Source of the DNA: Candidatus Hecatella orcuttiae
GTDB taxonomy: Archaea; Thermoproteota; Bathyarchaeia; Hecatellales; Hecatellaceae
Direction: 5' to 3'
Assembly (NCBI GenBank): GCA_002011035.2
Contig: MTLY02000003.1
Location: forward strand, 32,001-96,000
Length of the DNA: 64,000 bases
Shown one piece after another: positions 38,591-48,573 of the stretch (the first letter of the stretch is position 1; the number at the start of each line of letters is the position of its first letter). Position numbers and translations under genes: made by a program. The notes under the pieces were generated by a model. It had not been told where the DNA came from and searched no databases. It saw only the letters and a list, made by a program, of their open reading frames with translations.

Positions 38591-38782
38591 TTGATCATTT
38601 CCCCCAAAATGTGCTCAGCGTTCCCATCGAGGTTTTTCCCCTTGAACAAAAAGTGCCAACTCTGCCAAGTTAGAGTAGTTTATGCGGTGTGCAGAAGATG
38701 CGGTAAAAAAGTCTGCGAAAAATGCAGCTACCACCACGGCCTCTGCGTTCGATGCGCGAAGGACATGGGAAGAAAACGTTAG
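38591..38782 (+). CDS. Small Cys-rich Zn-finger protein
   Basis: CQLC..CRRCG..VCEKC..GLCVRC. Confidence 0.7.
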   Translation: MIISPKMCSAFPSRFFPLNKKCQLCQVRVVYAVCRRCGKKVCEKCSYHHGLCVRCAKDMGRKR

Positions 38783-38840
38783 GGCGCTCCGTTGGAGTAG
38801 GCTTTTAAAAGCAGCCTAAACTATCTCCAGTAGAGAACTT

Positions 38841-39551
38841 TTGACCTTCCCCCAGCCTATAAAAAGATGGCAGAGGATGTCCACAGGTTCTCCCTCCCTA
38901 GACAAGCTTCTCCACGGCGGCTTCCCAGCCGGGCAACTGTCTCTTGTTTACGGGGAAGCAGCTTCCGGAAAGTCCACCCTCGCTCTCCAATGCTCTCTCC
39001 TCTGTGCTAAACAAGGCTTCCAAGTGCTTTACATCGACGCAGACGGCTCCCTGTCCGCCCAAAGGCTGGAGCAGATGGCCTCCAGCCCTCCACTGGAGGT
39101 TGAGCGCATAGGAATTTTCACCCCCCGCAATTTTTACCAGCAAACCGTTTTGATCGAGGGGTTGGAACGCTACATCCACCCCCGGGTAGGTTTGGTCGTC
39201 GTGGACACTGTTAACAACCTCTACCGCCTCGCAGCCTCGGAAGCCAAGCTTCTTCCAGCCTCCAACAGAGAGCTGAACAGGCAGCTTGCCTACTTGGCGC
39301 ATATTTCTAAAACCCACTCCCTGCCCGTGCTTCTCACCAGCCAAGTTCGCAGCGTTTTGGAGGAGGATTTTGAAGTCGACAAGGTGGAACCTGTAGCGAC
39401 CAGAACTCTCCGGTTCTGGGCTTCCACCATCCTACATTTGAAGCCGACCCCAAGGCCTAACGTGAAGGTCGCCTTTCTGGAGAAGCTTAACGGCCGCCCC
39501 CGTTCTCGGCTTTTCTGCCACCTCCGCATCTCCGGCCAAGGCTTAGAATAA
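38841..39551 (+). CDS. radB: DNA repair protein RadB
   Basis: STGSPSLDKLLHGG, GEAASGKS, LVVVD, TSQV; lacks RadA N-terminal domain. Confidence 0.85.
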   Translation: MTFPQPIKRWQRMSTGSPSLDKLLHGGFPAGQLSLVYGEAASGKSTLALQCSLLCAKQGFQVLYIDADGSLSAQRLEQMASSPPLEVERIGIFTPRNFYQQTVLIEGLERYIHPRVGLVVVDTVNNLYRLAASEAKLLPASNRELNRQLAYLAHISKTHSLPVLLTSQVRSVLEEDFEVDKVEPVATRTLRFWASTILHLKPTPRPNVKVAFLEKLNGRPRSRLFCHLRISGQGLE

Positions 39552-39555
39552 GCTG

Positions 39556-39996
39556 TTAGGGAGATGCTATCTTAAGCTGCAGGAGCATCTGAGCTCCGAA
39601 TAAGCCTAAGGCAAAAAGGATAATGCCCACTGCCAAAGGCAGGGAAGAGCGTCTTAGTCGGTGGTTTTCCCTCAAGCCATGATAGGCCATGTATCCACCG
39701 GCAACACCTAAGGTTAAGAAAAACATGAAAAGAATACCCTCCGCCAAAGTCTGCTCACCTATCTGACCTGGCACCATAAAGGCCGGACCTCCTCTAAGGG
39801 AGATCAGCAGCGGAGGCCCCTTCACCACCATGTACAGTCCCCCGGCTAGGAGGAAGAGGACGGCGGCGATGAGGAGGAAAAGAGCCAGCTGGGGGATGAA
39901 ACTTGGATACTTCACTTCGAAGATGGGAGGCCGGCCGAACTTTTTCGCGAATTTGGCTCTTTTAGCTTTTCTTCTTCTGGAGAACATGGGCGGCAA
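39556..39996 (-). CDS. OST3/OST6-family three-TM protein resembling eukaryotic DC2/OSTC
   Basis: FLLAGGLY.VV..PP...PAF....Q...EG....TLG..G pattern, 3 TM segments, 146 aa. Confidence 0.65.
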   Translation of the reverse strand: MPPMFSRRRKAKRAKFAKKFGRPPIFEVKYPSFIPQLALFLLIAAVLFLLAGGLYMVVKGPPLLISLRGGPAFMVPGQIGEQTLAEGILFMFFLTLGVAGGYMAYHGLRENHRLRRSSLPLAVGIILFALGLFGAQMLLQLKIASP

Positions 39997-40195
39997 CCTC
40001 CTTCACCCAGCTTCCCGTATTAGGGTTGTTCATCACTTCCCGGAGGTAGGTTTCCCAGTCGACTTCCATGGCGGCCTGCCATTGTTTAAAGGTTTCCTTC
40101 AGGTTTCGGTAGGCTAAGCTGTGGCGGTCGCAGTAGGAGTCTTCAGGTAAAGCCTCTCTAGAACAGGCGGGGCATTTCCTCTCCGGTTTCTCCAC
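39962..40195 (-). CDS. Small Zn-finger hypothetical protein
   Basis: CPAC...YCDRH...W..YL...TGSWVKEV; in operon with topA. Confidence 0.7.
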   Translation of the reverse strand: MEKPERKCPACSREALPEDSYCDRHSLAYRNLKETFKQWQAAMEVDWETYLREVMNNPNTGSWVKEVAAHVLQKKKS

Positions 40196-40200
40196 TCCCC

Positions 40201-42279
40201 TCAGCTCCTAGTTCTCTCAGCCTTGGAGGGACATTCGGGGTTGATGCAGAACTGGAAGGGCCTTCGGCCGGCTGTTTTGTAGACTATGATGGGCCAGTTG
40301 CAGGTTTTGCAGGTTTTCTCCGTGGGGGTAACGCTGCCTTTTTGGGGGAGAGGCAAAGCTTTGTTGCATTTCCCCGTGAAGAAATTGGTGCATCCAATGA
40401 AGCGTTTCCCGGTTCTTCTGGACCTGAGAATTATGAGGCGGCCTGTTCCACACTGGGGGCAGGGTCCGATGATTCTCCTCCTGAGCATCTCCGCCCTGAT
40501 GGCTTCCGACAGCTCCACGCCTAGGGCTTCTTCAACCCTCTTCAACTGGGCGAGGATGGGCTTAAGCTCTTGGACGGCTTCTCTGAGGACGCTTCCTCTC
40601 CTCTCCAAGCTCTGCTCGATCCTCTCCATTTTTTCCTCCAGCATTCTGGTTAACTCCACGGAGACGATGGACGGACAGTATCGGCCTAGGGAGTTGACCA
40701 CGGCGAAGCCTAGGTCTGTGGCCACCATTCTTTCCTCCCTGATGTATCCTCTTTCATAGAGAGTTTCGATGATCTCAGCCCTCGTCGCCTTGGTTCCGAG
40801 GTTGTTTTCCTCCATGGCCCTGAGGAGGCTGGCTGGATTGTAGCGGGGAGGAGGCTCGGTGTGGTGGAGGAGGCCTTCCACCTTTCTCAGCATGACTTCT
40901 TCCCCCACCTTCAAAGGCGGGAGGAGGACCTCTTCCGCTTCCAAGTAAGGCTTGTAGAAGACAGTCCACCCTTCTTCAACCATCCTCCGCCCGTAAAGGA
41001 AGAACCGGTAGTCTGCGCAGTTCACCGTGACCTTTGTGCTAAGCCGGAGGGAGGGCGCGCCGAAGGCGGCCATAAACCGTTTGGCGACGAGATCGTAGAT
41101 TTTAGCCTCATCGCCGGTTAAATCTCTTTCAGGCTTTTTTCCCGTGGGGTAGACAGCCGGATGGGCTGGGTCCTCCCTTTTCCCCTCCCTAGGCCTAAGC
41201 TCCTTGGCTGAGAGAAGTTTCCTTGCAAGTTTTTCGTAGGCTGGGTTTTCAGCCAGCCCCTCCAAGACGTTTCGGTAATCGATGGTGGGGGGCAGCTTCT
41301 GGCTGCTGGTTCTGGGGTAGGAGATCAAGGCTTCTAAGTAGAGTCTCTCCGCGATGTCCAAGGCTCTTCTTGGGGTGTAGCCGAAGAACCGGTAGGCTTC
41401 CCTTTGCAGCGTCCCCAAGTCGAAGGGTTCCGGGGGAGGCCTGCGGAATTCTTTTTCTTCCACGCCCACTATCTTCCCCGTCTTCCCGCTGCATTTTTCC
41501 GCTATTTCCTCTGCTTCCCGCTGGCGGCTGATTTTTTCCCTTTCAAATTTAAGCTCGTACTCTTTTTCCCCTATTTGGGCGGAGGCTTTGATTTCCCAAT
41601 AGGGTGTGGGGACGAAGCTTCGGATATCCCTCTCCCTCTCTACCACCAGTCGAAGGGTGGGCCCTTGCACTCGGCCGACGCTCAGGGTAACGTACTTCTT
41701 CGAATGTTTGAGAGCGGAAAGAATGAGCGCCCGGGAGAGGTTGACGCCGTAAAGCCAGTCTACTTCATGACGGGTCTGACCGGCTTCAGCCATTTCAAAG
41801 TCTAGGCGAGGCATGAGGTTCTGGTAGGCGTGGTTGAGCTCCCGAGGGGTGAGGGTGGAGAACTTCATCCTTTTGGCTTCCTTTTCTCGGCCGTGGCAGG
41901 TGTGTTTGAGGATGATGTAGCCGATGAGGCTGCCTTCCACATCGTAGTCCGCAGCGTTCACCAGCTCGTCGGAGTCCTTTCCCAGCTTTTCAATGAGGTG
42001 GATGATGGCCTTGGTTCTCCCAGCTCCCCTTTCCACCTCGTAGCGGGGAGCCCATTTGAAGGTGAAGACAGGGTAAAAGTTCCGCCCTCCCATCTGCTGG
42101 GTGACGGTGTAGAGGTGACCGGAAGCCGGGACCACCACCACTTTTCTGCCCGCCCTCTCCAGCTCGAAGTAGGGAATCTTGCTGAAAAGCTTCCTCTTCG
42201 GCTTCCCCTCAGCGAGGGCTGATGCTATGCGCTCCGCCGCGTCAGGTTTCTCGGCGATGACCAACGTGTAGTTTCCCAT
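40201..42279 (-). CDS. topA: Type IA DNA topoisomerase
   Basis: IAEKP, DYDVEG, SVGRVQ, ISYPRT, GTKATR, C-terminal Zn ribbons. Confidence 0.95.
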   Translation of the reverse strand: MGNYTLVIAEKPDAAERIASALAEGKPKRKLFSKIPYFELERAGRKVVVVPASGHLYTVTQQMGGRNFYPVFTFKWAPRYEVERGAGRTKAIIHLIEKLGKDSDELVNAADYDVEGSLIGYIILKHTCHGREKEAKRMKFSTLTPRELNHAYQNLMPRLDFEMAEAGQTRHEVDWLYGVNLSRALILSALKHSKKYVTLSVGRVQGPTLRLVVERERDIRSFVPTPYWEIKASAQIGEKEYELKFEREKISRQREAEEIAEKCSGKTGKIVGVEEKEFRRPPPEPFDLGTLQREAYRFFGYTPRRALDIAERLYLEALISYPRTSSQKLPPTIDYRNVLEGLAENPAYEKLARKLLSAKELRPREGKREDPAHPAVYPTGKKPERDLTGDEAKIYDLVAKRFMAAFGAPSLRLSTKVTVNCADYRFFLYGRRMVEEGWTVFYKPYLEAEEVLLPPLKVGEEVMLRKVEGLLHHTEPPPRYNPASLLRAMEENNLGTKATRAEIIETLYERGYIREERMVATDLGFAVVNSLGRYCPSIVSVELTRMLEEKMERIEQSLERRGSVLREAVQELKPILAQLKRVEEALGVELSEAIRAEMLRRRIIGPCPQCGTGRLIILRSRRTGKRFIGCTNFFTGKCNKALPLPQKGSVTPTEKTCKTCNWPIIVYKTAGRRPFQFCINPECPSKAERTRS

Positions 42280-42423
42280 AAACCAAGCCGCCGACTAAAA
42301 ATTAAGCAAAGTCCCTAATAACATTTCCACGATGGATGAGAGCGGAAAAGCCCTAGGTTAGAGAAAGCTTATTCCTTTCCTCCGTATTTAAATTTCTACG
42401 ACGTCAAAAATCTGTCCTCGGCT

Positions 42424-43392
42424 TTGAACGGGAAAATAGATCAGGGGATGGCTGTGCGGAATACGAAGACCTCGGAAAGATTCATGCGCATGCGTCTGGT
42501 TACTCAGCGGGACTACGAAGAATTTGTGAAACTCCACGACCGCGTAACCGTTGAGCAGAGTGAGATTCCGATCGGGAAAAGCTGGAGGATCAGCCGGTAT
42601 GAGCCGGATCGAGAATATAAGCCTGAGGGTACAACCGTCTGGAGTTTTCCGGACAGAGGCTGCTGGGCCACTCATGTAGGGAACTTTCGAGGTAACTTTT
42701 CACCCTTCATCCCCCGGAACCTCATTCTGAAATACACGGTGAAAGGCGACTGGGTGCTGGACCAGATGGTCGGCAGCGGAACAACCCTCGTAGAATGCAA
42801 ACTTCTTCAGAGGAACGCCATAGGCGTAGACATCAATCCTGAAGCAATAATGGTTGCGCGGGATAGACTGAATTTCACTTGCAACTCCCCCTCCTCAGAT
42901 TACGAGGAGCCGGTCATTCGAACATACGTGGGGGATGCGAGAAACTTAAACGAGGTTGCGGATGAAAGCATAGACCTGATAGTCACCCATCCACCCTATG
43001 CCTACATCATAGGATACACCAGGAAAGGCTTGGAGGGGGACATTTCCCAGCTGAGCCTCCCCGACTACCTTAGGGCGATGAGGAAGATAGCGCAGGAGTC
43101 CCTGAGAGTGTTGAAAGGAGGGAAACACTGCAGCATCCTCATAGGGGACACCCGCAGACACGCGCACTATGTTCCCCTCGCCTTCCGGGTGATGCAGAAG
43201 TTTTTAGAGGCAGGCTTTATCCTGAAAGAAGACATCGTAAAACTGCAACACAAAGTCTTAACAGACCGAGGGAAGTGGCGGAAAGCCTACTATGACTTCT
43301 ACAAGATCATGCATGAGCACATTTTCGTATTCCGGAAGCCCTCAAAAGAAGAGAAAACAACCAAGTTTAAGCTAAGCGCCAAGTGGTGGTGA
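42424..43392 (+). CDS. Orphan amino-methyltransferase (N4C/N6A DNA MTase or Trm11-like)
   Basis: VLDQMVGSGTT, THPPY, IGDTRR, HEHIFVFRK; start may be 42484. Confidence 0.8.
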   Translation: MNGKIDQGMAVRNTKTSERFMRMRLVTQRDYEEFVKLHDRVTVEQSEIPIGKSWRISRYEPDREYKPEGTTVWSFPDRGCWATHVGNFRGNFSPFIPRNLILKYTVKGDWVLDQMVGSGTTLVECKLLQRNAIGVDINPEAIMVARDRLNFTCNSPSSDYEEPVIRTYVGDARNLNEVADESIDLIVTHPPYAYIIGYTRKGLEGDISQLSLPDYLRAMRKIAQESLRVLKGGKHCSILIGDTRRHAHYVPLAFRVMQKFLEAGFILKEDIVKLQHKVLTDRGKWRKAYYDFYKIMHEHIFVFRKPSKEEKTTKFKLSAKWW

Positions 43393-43439
43393 CTCTCCTC
43401 GTCAGTCTGGGATCCGGGGAGGGTCCGAGTAACCTGCGG

Positions 43440-44699
43440 CTAGGTTTTCAGGGAGGCGAGGGGCAGAGCTCTCCCGTAGTTTTCTTCGATTCTCAGAAGC
43501 TCGTTCATCTTGGCAACTCTCTCTCCCCCCAGCACTCCCGCCTTGATGAGGGGGCAGCCGAAGGCAACAGCCAAATGGGCCAGATGGCCTTCGCAGGTCT
43601 CCCCTGAACGGTGGGATGCAATGGGGACGAGGCCTGAGCCTCGGGCGAGTTTGGCAGCTTCCAAGGCGTCACTCACCGTTCCCACTTGGTTGGGTTTGAT
43701 GATGACGGCGGTGGCTGCCTTCAGCCTTATGCCCTCCTCCAGCTTTTCTCGGCTGGTTACGAAGAGGTCGTCTCCGCAGATGAGGCATCCTTTCGCCTTT
43801 TCGGTGAGCTCCGCGAAGCCTTGGAAGTCTTCCTCCTCTAAGGGGTCTTCCACGTAGGCTAGGCGGTATTCCTGAATCAACCGGAGAACATGGTCCATAT
43901 GCTCTTCTCTCCCCAAGGTTCTCCTTTCGCTTTCATACCTGTAGACTTTCGATCTCGAGTCCCAGAAGGAGGAGGCCGCTACATCCAATCCAACCCTAAC
44001 CTTGACTCCCATTTCTCCGGAAACCTCCTCCGCAGCCTTAGAAACCGCTTCCAAAGCCTCCTCGTTTCCCAGCCTAGGCGCCCACGCGCCTTCATCGCCT
44101 TTCCCCCGGGTGAAGCCGGGAGCTCTCTCCTCCAGCAGCTTCCCTAGGCGACGGTGAACTTGAAGGTTGGCTTCGTAGGCTTGGCGGAAGCTCCCACACC
44201 CTTCAGCCACCGTCAGATATTCCTGAAAGTCAGGAGCACCCTTACCCGCATGCTTGCCGCCTCCTAGGACGTTTCCCAGCGGGAGGGGCAGCCGAAGGTT
44301 CGAGGTTTCTCCCGCCAGCTGGGCGAAAAGGGGAACGCCGTGGGTGGAAGCGGCAGCCTGAGCGGAAGCCAAGGAGACAGCGTAGGCCGTGTTGCCTCCC
44401 AACCGGCTGAAGTTCTCCGTACCATCAATCTCGTGGAGGGTTTCGTCCACCAGCTTCTGATTGTCCGCGTCCAAGCCCACCAGCCGAGGTTCCACCGTGC
44501 TTCGCAGCTTCTCCACAGCCTCCCTCACGCCTCCGGGAGGGAAGTAGGCAACCTCATACTTGCCTTTACTTTTTCCAGCCGGGGCGGAAGCCCGACCTGA
44601 GCCTCCTAAGGTTTTAACTTCAACCTCCACCGTTTCTTCTCCCCGGCTGTTGAAGATTATCCTCGCCTTCACGCTTTGGATGATGGTGAGGGTGGTCAA
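43440..44699 (-). CDS. eno: Enolase
   Basis: NSRGEETVEV, GDEG, YVEDP, GDDLF, IKPNQ, SHRSGET. Confidence 0.95.
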   Translation of the reverse strand: MTTLTIIQSVKARIIFNSRGEETVEVEVKTLGGSGRASAPAGKSKGKYEVAYFPPGGVREAVEKLRSTVEPRLVGLDADNQKLVDETLHEIDGTENFSRLGGNTAYAVSLASAQAAASTHGVPLFAQLAGETSNLRLPLPLGNVLGGGKHAGKGAPDFQEYLTVAEGCGSFRQAYEANLQVHRRLGKLLEERAPGFTRGKGDEGAWAPRLGNEEALEAVSKAAEEVSGEMGVKVRVGLDVAASSFWDSRSKVYRYESERRTLGREEHMDHVLRLIQEYRLAYVEDPLEEEDFQGFAELTEKAKGCLICGDDLFVTSREKLEEGIRLKAATAVIIKPNQVGTVSDALEAAKLARGSGLVPIASHRSGETCEGHLAHLAVAFGCPLIKAGVLGGERVAKMNELLRIEENYGRALPLASLKT

Positions 44700-44790
44700 T
44701 GGAGCTTTCCTCCTACACTGGAGATACCGTTCACCTACCAGATCAGAGGTTTAGGGAGAAAAAATTTTTCCTCAAACCGGAGAGCTGTCA

Positions 44791-45000
44791 CTACCGGCTG
44801 CCTTTGGTGAACTTTTTCGAGAACTCTAGGATTTCATCTAGGATGTCCAGATGGGAGAGAAGCATCCTGCGGCAGCAGTATCGTGTTACCCCCAGACTGT
44901 CGAGGACTTTCCCAGCGTCCTCTCCCCCATCCACCCGGCTTCGGAATTCCTCCCACTTGTCTCCGATAAGCCCGCCGCAGGTGAAACATCTCACAGGCAC
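44791..45000 (-). CDS. rpoN: RNA polymerase subunit Rpo10 (N)
   Basis: [15 protein letters not shown]. Confidence 0.96.
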   Translation of the reverse strand: MPVRCFTCGGLIGDKWEEFRSRVDGGEDAGKVLDSLGVTRYCCRRMLLSHLDILDEILEFSKKFTKGSR

Positions 45001-45089
45001 GATAACGGTTTCCAGCCTCCCCTTCGCTGCCTAGGGATCAGAGGCAGCTAAACTATTTAGACGTTACCTCCTCCTCGCAGCAACTTCCA

Positions 45090-45497
45090 CTACCGGTATG
45101 ATTTCTGCCTTCTCCTTCTAGCCCCTATCCCGCCGAACTTTTTCATCTCCTTCCTCCGGGCGTCTCCTGCCAGCATCGACCTATCTTGGGCGTAGAAGAG
45201 TTTCTTCAACTTGCTGCTTTTAAACCAGCTCAGAAGGCCTCGGGCAATGCTCATCCTCACCGCTTCAGCCTGCCCGAAAAAGCCTCCGCCTTTGACGGTG
45301 ACGTCTATGTCCACCTGCTTCCAAGCGTCGCCGCTCAGGGTTAGGGGCTCTAAGATTTTCTCCCTAGCCACCTCAGGCTGGTAAAATTCCAGTGGAACCC
45401 CGTTTATCTTCACAATTCCCGTTCCCGGCCTAATCACAGTCTTAGCTATGGCTGTTTTCTTTTTCCCTACGGCGATTACAGGTTTTTTACCGGGCAT
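45090..45497 (-). CDS. rps9: 30S ribosomal protein S9
   Basis: GKKKTAIA, GGG, GARRRRQKSYR. Confidence 0.96.
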   Translation of the reverse strand: MPGKKPVIAVGKKKTAIAKTVIRPGTGIVKINGVPLEFYQPEVAREKILEPLTLSGDAWKQVDIDVTVKGGGFFGQAEAVRMSIARGLLSWFKSSKLKKLFYAQDRSMLAGDARRKEMKKFGGIGARRRRQKSYR

Positions 45498-45510
45498 CCT
45501 ATTTCACGCC

Positions 45511-45966
45511 TCACTTCCAGCCTAGTTCCCGGGAAATCTTCTCCAATGTCACCCAGCCGCATCGAAGCCTTTGAGCCGAAGCCTCCTCCACGGTGTGCAT
45601 CTTTCTCCCCTCCGCCTCCTTTGGGAGGCCTATGTACACGCGGAGCCTTTTGAAGGCAGCTTTCCCCTTGGCGGTTTCCTTCGGAAGCATACCTCGAACC
45701 ATCCTTCTCAGAATTCTGTCCGGCCGCCTCACATGTTTCGGGCCGTATTTGGGGTTGCCTCTCCCCACGACCTCCCTGTAAGCTTTGAACTCCTTGAGGC
45801 GGCTGTTCTTCCGCCCGGAAAGGACTGCCTTCTCCGCGTTGACGATGGAAATTTTTTCGCCTTTCAAAAGCCTTTTAGCCACCACGCTCGCCAGCCGGCC
45901 GGCGATGAGGCCTCGGGCGTCGATGACTGTAAAGTCTTCAGGTAGGGTTGTAGGCAATTTTATCAC
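45511..45966 (-). CDS. rpl13: 50S ribosomal protein L13
   Basis: GRLASVVAK, NAEK, VRGMLP. Confidence 0.96.
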   Translation of the reverse strand: MIKLPTTLPEDFTVIDARGLIAGRLASVVAKRLLKGEKISIVNAEKAVLSGRKNSRLKEFKAYREVVGRGNPKYGPKHVRRPDRILRRMVRGMLPKETAKGKAAFKRLRVYIGLPKEAEGRKMHTVEEASAQRLRCGWVTLEKISRELGWK

Positions 45967-46322
45967 GCTAAGAGTTTCACTTTCTTCCCTTCAGGGTTGA
46001 TGGAGAGCATTTCTTCCAGTTTTAAGCATTTGCCCCCAGCTTCCTCTATCTTTTTCCTAGCTTTGGCGGAGAAAGAGAAGGCCGCCACCGTCACGGGATG
46101 CGTTAGAAGCCCGGCGCTGAGGGTTTTCCCCGGAACCACAACTTGGTCGCCGCGCTCTGTGTGCCTGTTTATGGTGCTGAGGTTCACGGCGATTCTCCTC
46201 CGCTTGGCTTTCTCGAGGAGTTCAGCTACCCTCCTCCAAAGTTTCACCTTCCGCGCTCTAGCCTCCTTACGGAGAAGCCTAGTCAAGGCAGCTCTTTCAG
46301 GATTGACTTCAGCCTTCCTCAC
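45963..46322 (-). CDS. rpl18e: 50S ribosomal protein L18e
   Basis: VNLSTINR, VVPGK, AAFSFS. Confidence 0.95.
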   Translation of the reverse strand: MRKAEVNPERAALTRLLRKEARARKVKLWRRVAELLEKAKRRRIAVNLSTINRHTERGDQVVVPGKTLSAGLLTHPVTVAAFSFSAKARKKIEEAGGKCLKLEEMLSINPEGKKVKLLA

Positions 46323-47149
46323 GTTTGTTTTCCACCTTTGACGGCGAGCTTCTTGGTGACCTCTTCAGCCTTTTTCTTCAAAATCTCTGTTGCTTTGAAT
46401 AGAACTTGCTTGGCAGACAGGCCTCCTACCGATTCTAGGTTGAAGATGAGGGTTGTATCATCCCAGGAAACATCCACGGCTGAGGGGTCTTGGGGGCATG
46501 CCTTCACACACTCGTAGCATAGGGTGCAGGAAACGGGGTCCACAACTACTATCACGTCTTTTTCAACTTGGAGGATGTTTTTAGGGCAGGCGTCAACGCA
46601 CACCCGGCAGGCGTCGCATTTTTTGAGGTTGATCCTGATGTTAGGCATGTACTTGTAGGCGGCAACGGCGACCGGCTGCCATTTAGCGTGCTTTTTACCT
46701 GTTCCCAGCTTCGCGTAGGCTTCGAATTTAAGCTTTTGATTTACCTCCAGTTTGATGATGGGAATCTTGTCGGAAACAGGGCGAATGTGTGGGTCGTCGA
46801 ACTTCAAGTCGCCTGAATACACCGTCTTCCGCCCGTCTAGGGCCTCTACTTCCAAGGTGGCCGTAGCCCGGCATCGGCTGCATCCCATTTCGCTTTTGCA
46901 CTCGCATTCCTCGGGAAGAACGTAAGAGTCCAAGTCGGTGGTGAGGGGAATTAAGCCCAGCCTGTGAGCTATGGTCTCGTCATCCAAGGTTGAAGTGTTC
47001 TCGTAGAAGAAAACGTCCTCAATGGCCATGCAGGGGACTTCGCTTATCATGATACGCCTCAAGGCGTTGGCGAAGGCAGGGGAAGATTGGGAAAGGATGA
47101 AACGGACGCTGTTTCCTTCCGCCTCTAAAACTTTAACCTCCAAAGCCAT
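46319..47149 (-). CDS. rpoD: RNA polymerase subunit Rpo3 (D) with ferredoxin-like Fe-S domain
   Basis: ANALRR, AHRLGLIPL, HAKW, two CxxCxxCxxxCP motifs. Confidence 0.96.
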   Translation of the reverse strand: MALEVKVLEAEGNSVRFILSQSSPAFANALRRIMISEVPCMAIEDVFFYENTSTLDDETIAHRLGLIPLTTDLDSYVLPEECECKSEMGCSRCRATATLEVEALDGRKTVYSGDLKFDDPHIRPVSDKIPIIKLEVNQKLKFEAYAKLGTGKKHAKWQPVAVAAYKYMPNIRINLKKCDACRVCVDACPKNILQVEKDVIVVVDPVSCTLCYECVKACPQDPSAVDVSWDDTTLIFNLESVGGLSAKQVLFKATEILKKKAEEVTKKLAVKGGKQT

Positions 47150-47155
47150 TCTCCC

Positions 47156-47563
47156 CTACACTCGCCGTCCTCTTCTTCCTCCCGGCCTTCGGGTTCCGTC
47201 ATGAGGTATGGGGGTGGCATCTTCGATTCTCCCAATTTTCAAGCCTGACCTGGCGAGAGCGCGGATGGCCGGCTGAGCTCCAGGGCCGGGGGTTTTTTGG
47301 AAATGCCCTCCCGGCGCCCTAACTTTGATGTGGACGCCTACGAATCCCCTGTCCTTGGCCATTTGAGCGGCCTTGGACGCTGCCTGCATGGCAGCGTAGG
47401 GGGACGACTCCAGCCGGTCGGCTTTGACGAACATGCCTCCTGAGCATAGGGCTACAGTTTCAGCTCCTGAAATGTCGGTGATGTGGACGATGGTGTTGTT
47501 GTAGGAGCTGAAGATGTGGGCGATACCCCACTTGTCTTTTTCGCTCACGGATTTTTCCCCCAA
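47156..47563 (-). CDS. rps11: 30S ribosomal protein S11
   Basis: [21 protein letters not shown]. Confidence 0.97.
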   Translation of the reverse strand: MGEKSVSEKDKWGIAHIFSSYNNTIVHITDISGAETVALCSGGMFVKADRLESSPYAAMQAASKAAQMAKDRGFVGVHIKVRAPGGHFQKTPGPGAQPAIRALARSGLKIGRIEDATPIPHDGTRRPGGRRGRRV

Positions 47564-48085
47564 CTATTGGCCTAGGGTCTTCCTTACAGGGTGTTCCTCT
47601 TCCCTGAAGGGGCTGTCGGGGCTGAAGGAGAGCTGACCCTCCTCATCCCTTCGAACCATGTAACTGGGAGCTGTCACCTTTTTCTCTCCAACTTGAATGT
47701 GGCCGTGGGTGATAAACTGCCGGGCTTGGTGAAGAGATTTAGCTAAACCCTGCCTGAAGACCACGGTCTGAAGCCTCCGCTCTAGGATGTTCTCCACAAC
47801 CAAGTCTAGGACGTCTTCCACGGTTCCCCCTTTCTCGATGAGGCCGAGCTTGTAGAGTTTCGAGAGTAGCTCTTCCTCCATTTTCGCCCGTTTCTCAGGG
47901 GGCATACCTAGAAGGGAGCGGGCGATGTTTCTGTACTTGGTGAGTTCCGTTTTGTGTTTCCAGAGTTCTCTCTTGTTTCTCAAACCGAAGAGGCCTAGCA
48001 GCTTTAGCTCCTCAGCTAAGACATCCGCCTGCCAAGGCTGCCTAGGGGATTCGTATCTCCTCCTAGGTTTTTTCGGATCCCCCAT
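47564..48085 (-). CDS. rps4: 30S ribosomal protein S4
   Basis: [31 protein letters not shown]. Confidence 0.97.
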   Translation of the reverse strand: MGDPKKPRRRYESPRQPWQADVLAEELKLLGLFGLRNKRELWKHKTELTKYRNIARSLLGMPPEKRAKMEEELLSKLYKLGLIEKGGTVEDVLDLVVENILERRLQTVVFRQGLAKSLHQARQFITHGHIQVGEKKVTAPSYMVRRDEEGQLSFSPDSPFREEEHPVRKTLGQ

Positions 48086-48105
48086 TTCTCTCTGCCTCTG
48101 AAGCC

Positions 48106-48573
48106 TTAAGCTGACTCACGGCGGGCTGCAGCCTTTCTGCTCACACCTATAGCTTTTCCTTTTCTCCCCGTCGTCCTGGTTTTCTGGCCTCTGACCTTCA
48201 GTCCTAGGCTGTGGCGGAGGCCTTTCCAGCATTTTATCTCCTTCATGAAGTCTATGTCCATCCTTTCTCTCAAAGCCAGGTCAGACCCGTGAAGGTGTTT
48301 ATCCGCCCCTGTTTCAGGGTCTTTTCTCCTGTTGTAGAGGAAGCTGGGAAGCCCAGCCTTTTCAGGGTTGTTGATGATATCCTCGATTTTCTGAACAGCT
48401 TCATCGCTGAGCTCTCCGACTCTAGCTTCAGGGTTAAGCTGAGCCGCCTTGACCACGGCCCTGGCGAGGTTTATGCCTAAGCCCCTAATTTTAGCTAGTC
48501 CGTAGGTTAGCTTTTTGGAACCTTCCACGTCGGTTCCGCAGATTCTTATGATATGCCTGAAACCTTCAGCCAA
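48106..48573 (-). CDS. rps13: 30S ribosomal protein S13
   Basis: [25 protein letters not shown]. Confidence 0.97.
   Translation of the reverse strand: MAEGFRHIIRICGTDVEGSKKLTYGLAKIRGLGINLARAVVKAAQLNPEARVGELSDEAVQKIEDIINNPEKAGLPSFLYNRRKDPETGADKHLHGSDLALRERMDIDFMKEIKCWKGLRHSLGLKVRGQKTRTTGRKGKAIGVSRKAAARRESA

Noticed and set aside
44700-45089. tRNAs often found around rpoN
   Set aside because: No T-loop or cloverleaf in these gaps.
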